A stretch of DNA of 64,000 nt from an uncultured Planctomycetia bacterium (GTDB taxonomy: Bacteria > Omnitrophota > Gorgyraeia > Tantalellales > Tantalellaceae). Each line of letters starts with the position of its first letter. The stretch's first letter is position 1. The stretch lies in NCBI GenBank assembly GCA_964572255.1, contig CAZNEE010000001.1, positions 66,223 through 130,222 on the forward strand. Direction: 5' to 3'. Under the pieces are notes generated by a model that ran no database searches, had not been told where the DNA came from, and saw only the letters and a list, made by a program, of their open reading frames with translations. The translations under genes were made by a program, and so were the position numbers. Shown here piece after piece: positions 33,201 to 42,200 of the stretch.

Positions 33201-36200
33201 GAGATCGCGGAGATCGTTGATATGTTCGATAACTTGTGCATGAATTTCCCTAAATATTTACATGATGATCAGGGATTGAACGAGATCCGCAGAAGACTGT
33301 TGACCCCGGGCAGCGAAGCTGCCGGCATCAGGGGTTTTGCTCTTCTTCCGGAGGATGTTGCGGAACTGCTGCTGGATATCGTCCTGGACAGCGTAAATCC
33401 CGAACTGTTGATGGCGGGATGTGAAGTTGCCGGCCATTTAAAGATTGATTCCTGTAATGATAAGCTTCTTTTCCTCCTGAAACACGATGATTTTAATGTC
33501 AGGGCAGCCGCGGCATTTGCGATCGAGAATGTGGGTTTAAGATTTAGGGATAAAGATCTGGGAAGGCCGGAAAAACTGGAAAAGAAAGTGTTAGGAAAAA
33601 TATTATTGACGGAGAAGGAAGGGGGTCAGTCGGTCGGGGATTATCTCGGACTTAAGTGGATCTTTAGGCGTTTGTGGATACCGTGCCTCGGGACAATGAT
33701 CCCGTTTCTTGGTCTTCTTTTCTGGATGCCCCTGCCGTATTGGCAGGCTGCGGGCGGACTCCTTTTCTCGCTTTCAGCAGTATATATTTTCTCTTATATA
33801 GTTCTTATAAAATTCGCGTATCCCTTTATATACGGCGAACAATCGGAAGCAATTAAAAAGCGTTACGAAACTTTACCCTTAACATTAGATGATTATTATA
33901 AGTTATATGAGCCCGGCAACAGATATAAGATCAAACTTCCTTATCATTTGAAATCAAAGCCTGTTTTCGGCGAAGACAGTAAACTCAGAGCTTATGCGCT
34001 TCCTATCTTTTCCATGGCAGGCATGGTTTTTGCCGCTTTTACAGGTTACGGCGGTTATATCGGAGGGTTTACAACCGTCTCAGGCATGATAACACTTGTT
34101 ATATTTGAAATTTTGATGGCAGTGATGGGATTATTTTTCAGCATAGGATTTTTTGTATTGCTGACCAGCTGGATCGCAACCATGGGGGAAGTTTTCTCCA
34201 AGCCTTTAATGAAACGGTTTTTAAAAGGGCCGGAACCGGAAGATGACGGATTTAAAATAACGCTTCCTTATTCTGAAGGAACGATCGAATTGTTCGAGCG
34301 ATACAAGCAGGATCAGGAAGCGAAAAGAAAAGCTTTATTGAGCAAAGGTTTGGCCGGTGAGGCGAAAAGTCCGGAAGATATTATAGGGGTCATGAAGGAC
34401 GAAAAAATAGTTATAAAAGACGGAAAGATAATAATAGACAATATAGAACTTGATATGAAAAATTCCCCGGAAGCTCTTGTACCTGACAAAGAAGCGGCAA
34501 AGCTTATAAATACCATCTCGGCCGTTAGAAATATGAAAAAGGTCGCTATATCACTTTTACTTAATGAACCGGCTCTTCTGGTCGGAGAAAGCGGTGTAGG
34601 TAAGACTTCGGTCGTCAGGTACCTGGCATCTCTTGTGAACTGGGGGTTCAGGAGGTTCAATCTTAACGGCCAGACAGAGAAAACCGAACTTATAGGAGGT
34701 TTTAGGCCGGACGAGAACGGTCAGTTCAAATGGGTTGACGGCATATTGATCAACGCTATGAGGGAGGGGAGCATTCTGGTCCTTGATGAGATCAACCTGG
34801 CAGAATCACAGGTGCTTGAAAGGATAAATTCCCTTCTTGATGATGACAGGCATATAAGCATTCCGGAGAAAGACAACATGCAGTGGATAGATTCGAGAAA
34901 ATACGATCTCAAGGTAAAGGAAGTAACAGAAAAAAATAAAGTGACCGAAGAAGAAGCCCGAGAGATCCTCACTGAAAAGAAAATTTTCAGGATCCATCCC
35001 GATTTTCGTCTTATTGCCACGATGAACCCCGTGGAATACGCCGGCAGAAATATTCTTTCACCGGCTTTGATGAACCGTTTCAAGGTCAAATGGATCGATG
35101 AGATGTATTCGCTGGAAAGGGTGGCCATATTCAACAATATGTTCAAAAATTCCGCGGGAGGGCCTCTTTTGGATCTTAATATAGTTGATAGGCTGGACTG
35201 GCTGCATACAAGGATCAAGGATACCGCTCAGGCCCGGAGTATCGGGGAGCAGGAGGTCGACCCTTATTATTATTCAATAAGAGATTTTATCAAACTCGGG
35301 TTTAGGATAAAAGAAGCGATCGGTAAAAAAGAGAGGGACGAGGACCGTAAACTTAATAGAGAAGAAAGAACGGATATAGCGATAAGAGAATCCGTATTAG
35401 TTTATGTGGACAGGATAAGGGATGCTGAGGAAAGAAACAGGCTTATCAGCGTGGTTGAGGATTTTCTGGGGGGTTTTGACACATCCGGGATTGAAGCCGC
35501 GGGAATAAGTGATACACCGGATAAAGTAAGGATCGGCGATATTGTTCTTGATAAGAACGACGGCAGGGGCCCTTATGTTCCGGGCAAAAAGTCGGTTCTT
35601 TTTGATACTCCTACAACGAATCGTTATCTTGCCAAACTCGCCGAGATGGTGCATTTAAATGAAACACCGCTTATGGTAGGGCCGACCGGATCCGCCAAGA
35701 CCTCTATAGTAAGATATCTTTCCTATTTAACAAAAAACAATTTTGTGAGAGTGAATCTTGACGCGCAGACGGACACTTCCGAGATAATCGGATCATATAT
35801 TCCGGTCGAGGATCGGGAAGGGGAATTCGAATGGAGGGACGGTCTTTTGGTGACGGCTCTTAGAAAGGGTTACTGGGTCCTTTTGGATGAGCTTAACCTG
35901 GCCGATCCTGAGATATTGGAAAGGATCAATTCGCTGATAGATGACGAGGGTTGTCTTATAATTACCGAGCATGAAGGCGAGAAGATAATGTCGGCCAAAG
36001 AGTACGACAGAAAGGTTGCCGAATATGTAAGAGGGAGAAAAATAGTGTCCGATCCAAGGAGTGAAGAGGAACTCACCCTGGAGGCGAAGGAGCATTTAGA
36101 GAAGGAAAAGATATACAGGGTACATCCCAACTTCAGGCTGTTCACAGCCATGAACCCGGCAAGGTATTCGGGCAGGAACAGGCTTTCGCTTGCCATGAGA

Positions 36201-39200
36201 AACAAGCTCAGCGAGATATGGATCTCCGGAGAGATGGATGAACATGAATACAAGAGAATAATTTCGGGATATCTTACGGACAATCCCAGCAAAAGAAAGA
36301 TGGTCATATCCATGACAGAGATCCATCTTGGCATGCTTGAGGTCGTTAATATGCTGGATGAAGGCACCATAGATAAATACCAGTTCAGCATGAGAGATAT
36401 TAAGGCATGGGCCAATTATGTGAACATGTACGGTCCCAAAATAGGATGGGATGAAGCTTTTGCAAAAGGGGCTGTTTATATTTATTATGACCGGCTGACA
36501 AAAGCGGAACATAGAAAAGAGTTCATGAGCTTTTTCAGCGAGCTGCTTAAAGAAGCCTCCTATTCTAAGGCCTATAAGCATGCCGTTAATTTTACGGCGC
36601 GCAGCATAAGCACAAAAGATAAAGAAAAAGTTACCACGAGGAATAACGGCTTCATTGATGTGTTAGAGACGACTTTAGAGGTGAATCGATCTCCGATATC
36701 AAAGGAATTGGTCCCGAAAGAAGATGTTGCCAAACTTATTCATACGGATTCGGCGATGAAGGATCTTGAAAAAGTGGCCCAGGCCGCTTACCTGAACGAA
36801 CCTTCGCTCCTTATCGGGGAAACGGGAGCCGGCAAGACATCCCTCGTAAGATATCTTGCGCACCTTACCAATAACGCCTTCCAGAGGTTTAATATAAGCG
36901 GACAGACCGAAAAGAGGGATTTTATCGGAGGATATCATCCTGATGAAGATGGTAAGTTTGTATGGAAAGACGGTATTTTGATCGAAGCCATAAAGAAGGG
37001 CGAATGGCTTGTTGTTGATGAGATCAACTTAGCCCCGTCACAGGTCATTGAAAGGATGAATTCCCTTCTCGATGATGACGGTTTTATAGTAGTTACCGAA
37101 CACAAGGGCGAAAAATATATAAGGCAGTCTGAATACGATAAGAAAGTGGATGAATACGCTTATATAATAATGCAAAAAGAAAAGTGTTCGATGGAAGAAG
37201 CTGTCAGAAAAGCAAAAGAAGAGCTAACAAAAGAGCTAGTCTTCCCGATACATCCCAATTTCAGGTTCTTCGCGACCATGAATCCTTCCGAATATGCCGG
37301 AAGACAGGTTTTCTCAAAGGCCCTCATTAACAGGTTCAGGGTCAAATGGATAGATATTCCCGATAAAGAAGATGTCCGGGAGATACTGAAGGAGAAGTAT
37401 AAAGGCAAACTCCCGCAAAAAATAATAAATAAGGCGATCGAAGTCCATTACGAGATGATAGAAGGAAGCAGCGGGATAGATGAAGATAAAGTTCATTATA
37501 CCATCAGGCATCTTATCAGGTGGATGGAACGGTTAGTTCTTGGTTTAGAGAAAGAATGGGATACTGATGTTAATAGGCTTGCGTTTACCGAAGGTGCGGC
37601 CATATATGGCGATGGCCTGCCGATCGAAGAGGACCAGGAAGATAGTTTAAGTAATGAATACGGGGGGATAGATAATATCCAGTTATTATATAATATGCTG
37701 GAAGAGGCGCTTGAGGCCAGGTTCGGAAAACCCCAGGGCGAGGAAAATATAGAGATCACTGAAGATGAGGATCTTGTCAGTTTCGGAGAGGTCAGTTTAC
37801 CTGAAAATAAAGAAGAGAGGAAGTTCTATGTATCCGGTCCCGAGCTGAAAAATACCGGATCCATGAAAAGATTCCTTAAAAGGATAGCAAGATCCGTTTT
37901 GGCGGTTGAGAATATCCTGCTTCTGGGTCTTACCGGCGGAGGGAAATCGGAACTTGTACGGCACCTGTCGGATTTGACGAATAATAATTTTATCGCGATG
38001 GATCTTGACGGGCAGACTGACGTATCACAGCTTATCGGCCAGTATGTGCCGCTTGAGGGCGAAGACCGTTTCCAGTGGGTGCAGGGAAGTCTTCTTGAGG
38101 CCATGGAACACGGTGCCTGGATACTGATAGATGAGTTGAATCTGGCGGAACCCGAGATCATAGAAAGGCTGAATTCTTTGCTTGACGACGACGCTTCGCT
38201 TACTGTTAACGAGCATAAAGGAGAAAAATGGATCCCCGCTAAGCTGTACGATGAATTAGAGGCCAATGGACATGATATGACCTATTTGAAGAAGATCCAC
38301 GAGAATTTCAAGCTTTTCTGCGCGATGAATCCCGCGCATTATGCGGGAAGGACAAAGATGTCAAAGGCAATGCTTAATAAGTTTTATCAGCTCTGGATAC
38401 CCCAGGAAGGTACGTTCGAAGAGGAGGCAGAGATCACGGTGCATTATCTCGATGCAGAAGCTTCCTTTTCCGATGTCTCGGAAGAAAAACTCCGGATGGA
38501 AGGGGTGATAGAAAAAAATACCGAGCTGGCGGAAGCTGCAAGATATGTAAATTCTTCGAGTTTATACCTCGGGATGAACGGTTTCGGCGCTTTGGCTTAT
38601 ATTTTTGATCAGATAAAGAGCTGGAGGAAAAAGCGAAAAGATGACCAGAATAAAAAGCTGGAGCTCAAGAGTTTAAATCCGCAGTATTTGTTGGAGAAGT
38701 CCGGCGAAGAAGAAGATGAAGACATGGGGTGGCTCAAGAAAATAAGGATGAAAAGGGGCGATAAGAAGGTAAATAAAATACTTAAAAATGTTTCTTTCAT
38801 GAAAGAATTTTATTCCGGAGAATTCAACACGGATATCAGGCCGGGCGCCGGATGGGCGATAGACTTGTCGACAACGCCTCCCACGCTTATATATCCTAAA
38901 AAAGATCTGGAGGAAAGAAGCGCTGATTATATATGCGGCGTTACAATGCATGAAACCGGTCACAGGGATATAAGCTTTTTGGTCGAAAAGTTCTTTAAGA
39001 AAGAAAGCACGAGGTTTTTACTTAATGCCGTGGAAGATCCCAGAGTGAATAATTGGGGCATGGTCAAGGTCCCCGGAACTAAAAGGTACTTTAAGACTAT
39101 GTATGATGAAGATTCTCCCGCCAGCGGCAGAATATCCATGGCTGATTTCTCAAAAGTGCTGCCTCACATACAGTTTGGCCTGGGGATAATACACCACTGG

Positions 39201-42200
39201 TATAGCGGCAAGGAGCATCCTTATATTAAGAATCCGCGTGTTCTAGAGGCTCTTCAGGAAACAAGACCAGCAGTTACTGAGGCATATAGCCTGCTTCCCG
39301 GGACCATACGCGTAAAAAGGTATGATAAAGAACGGATAGTGGTCGATTCTTCGACGGGAAGGAAAAGGTTTATTCCTTTACCTCCTGTCGGACATACTGT
39401 GAGTGTGGGAAAAACCGATGTTCAAAGTGTAGAAAGAGTGGATGAAGATACTATTATTGTGACTACACGAAAAGAATCAAGAGAGATATCCGTTCCCGAG
39501 GAAGGCGGATGGGAAACATTATTGAATAACATAAAACCCAGTAACGATGAGAAGAAAGCAATAGCCGTAAAATCAGCTAAGATAATAGAGGAAAAGGTTC
39601 TGCCGGCTTATGAAAAGCTGGTGCAGGAGTCCATAGACCAGATGAAAAAGCAGATGTCGGGCCAGGGATCAGGTCAAAGCGGGCAGGAGCAGGATCAGCC
39701 GGGACAGGGAGGCGTGGAAGCGCAAGCTGAAGAAGAAGTAGAGAAGCAGTCAAAAGAATTTGCCGATGACCTGGAAGGAAAACTGCCCCGGGGTGAAGAG
39801 GAAAAGAAAGAAGAGATGAAGAAAAAGAGAGAAGAAAGGTGGAAGAAGCCGCAGGATGAGGGGAAATCCAAAGCAGGCGATAAAGATGAGGAGAAAGGTG
39901 AAGGCGGCGGCGGAGATGAAAAAACGGAAGAAGATAAAGAAGGAGGAGATGAAAAGGGAGAAGGCGCCGGAGAAAAGGATGAAGAAAAAGACCAAAAGGG
40001 CGTAAGTTCAGGTGGAGAGGACAGCGCGGAAGATAAAAATGAAGTAAGTTCTGAATCCAGCGAAAGAAGCAGCGGGGGAGAAGATAAAAGCAGATCGGAT
40101 TCAGCAGAAGAAAAACGCCAGAAGAGAGAGCCCTCAGAAGACGGTACTAAAAAAGAAAGCGCTGCTGATGCGGAAGGCGAGAAGCAGGAAACCGCCCAGG
40201 AAGAAGATCGCTCAAAAGGCAAGCCGTCCCCGGTCGATTTTGGCAGAAGACTTACAATGAAAGACAGGCTTAAGCTGGACATAAAATTAAGAGAGAAGAT
40301 AAAAGTAGAACATAAAGACAAGTATGATAAATATTATTCGCAGGCAATCCGTTTGATCGAACGCCTGTTCGGTACTCTTGACAACGAGCTTGTGAAGGAT
40401 AAAAAACCGAGGTATAAAGGCTGGTTTGAGGCGGGCAAGCTTCGCAGGATGAATAAAGCCATGACAATGAAGAAGACGGGGGATATGCGGATATGGGAAA
40501 GAAGAAGCAATCCTACAAAGAGAAGTTTTAAATTCAGCATCGTTCTTGATGAAAGCGGATCCATGGGCATGGGACATTCTGAATCTGAGACTTCCCAGGA
40601 TGCCCTGAAAGCCCTTGTACTTTTCATGGAAGTCTTATCCAGGCTTGATATTGATTTTTCAGTTATCGGTTTCAGTGACGCTCCTTCTGTTCATAAGAGT
40701 CTGCAGGAAAGTTTTAAGTACAAGAACAAGGACGAGCTGATCAATGAGATCATTGAGTATATGGGGAGAGGATTGGGGACATATGATGCCGCGGCCGTAA
40801 ATCTGGCCGTGAATCAGCTTGAGCAGGAATCCAGCGATTCAAAAGTCATTATTGTCATTACTGATGGTTATGGAAACGGTCCCGTTGAAGTGGAAAAAAT
40901 GATAAGAGAGGCAAGGAAAAAAGGTATTGAAGTCATAGGCGTTGGTGTAGGCAACGGCATGCAGTATGTTAAGAGCGTTTATCATCCGAATGCCACTGTC
41001 CGGACAATGGAAGAGCTGCCCGGTGTGATCGCGAAACTTTTGATCGATATCATTGTATATAGAAAATACACGCCAATTGATCATGAAGAAAAAAATCAGC
41101 CTATTAATGCAATAAAACTTTCTATCGCTTCACTTGTGAACATTTTTGCCGGGATCGGATCCATGTTTCTAACGGATCTTGCCCCGGGTTCCGTTCTTCC
41201 TTGGATGTTGGGGATATTTTCAGGAGCTTGTATCGCAAGTGCGCTTATATATCTTGTTACAACAATGTTTATAGAAATGGTCTTCCAGATCGGCAGGGAA
41301 ACGGCCTTTCGTTCCGAGGAAAGAAAGATAGCCAGAACTGTAACTTATCCGGACGGGACAAAACGGATAGAGACAGAACCTGAGTTTGATAAACTTCCCT
41401 GGATAATAAGGAAATTTATCATCATGCATGAAAAGGTCCACGTTGCCGGTTTCGGCGAATTTATGGCATACGCGTTCCCATGGATCGGTCTTTTTGTTAA
41501 GACATCAGGGAAAAATAAAAAGTCCATGATCGGCGGCGATCCGGAAATTGCCATAGGCATTCATAAGAACGTTTCTGATGAAGTATTTACTGAAATTATT
41601 AATATTCTGGATGAAAAAGTAAATATTATAGTAACTGAGAGTGAAGAAGAATTTGCGGAGGCGATCGAAGATGCAAATTTTACAGGTATTTTTATCGACG
41701 AGAGCATAACACTGGATTCAATAATGACCGAGAAGGTAAGAAAAGATATCTATTCAATAAAGTTAATGAAGACGTATAAAGGGATTTTAAAGGTAAACGA
41801 AATAAGCCCTGAAACTAGGGACAAAATAGCTGAGACTATAAAGAAAATCATACCGGAGATAGACAAAGTGGATATTGACAGCGTGCTGGGCACAGCACGT
41901 GAGATCATGGCAAAGGATGCTGATCTTTACAAGAATATCATGAGTTTACAGGGCCTGGTCGCAAAACGAAAAAATGAGATAGCTTCTGTCTATAATAATA
42001 TGAAGATGGACGAGGCGGTAAACTACGGCGGTAATCTGGTGGTTGCTACAACTGAAAGAATAGCGGAATTCGACCCGTTTGCGTTCGATAACATGCAAAA
42101 AACAGAAGGCCGGAGCATCGTAAATTACTTCATTTACGGTGATAACATCAAGGACATCGATGAGGCAAAGAAGTTCGCCAGAGCGAGCGGGTATAAGGGG

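Noticed and set aside
39695-40321. 208-aa Ser-rich minus-strand ORF
   Set aside because: Antisense shadow of the D/E/K-rich tract.
30850-41060. Eukaryotic contamination or chimeric assembly as the source of the midasin-like region
   Set aside because: The region is intron-free, in frame with bacterial-type HEAT cassettes, shares internal paralogy and a C-terminal motif with neighbouring genes, and sits among bacterial housekeeping genes. Read-level confirmation was not possible.
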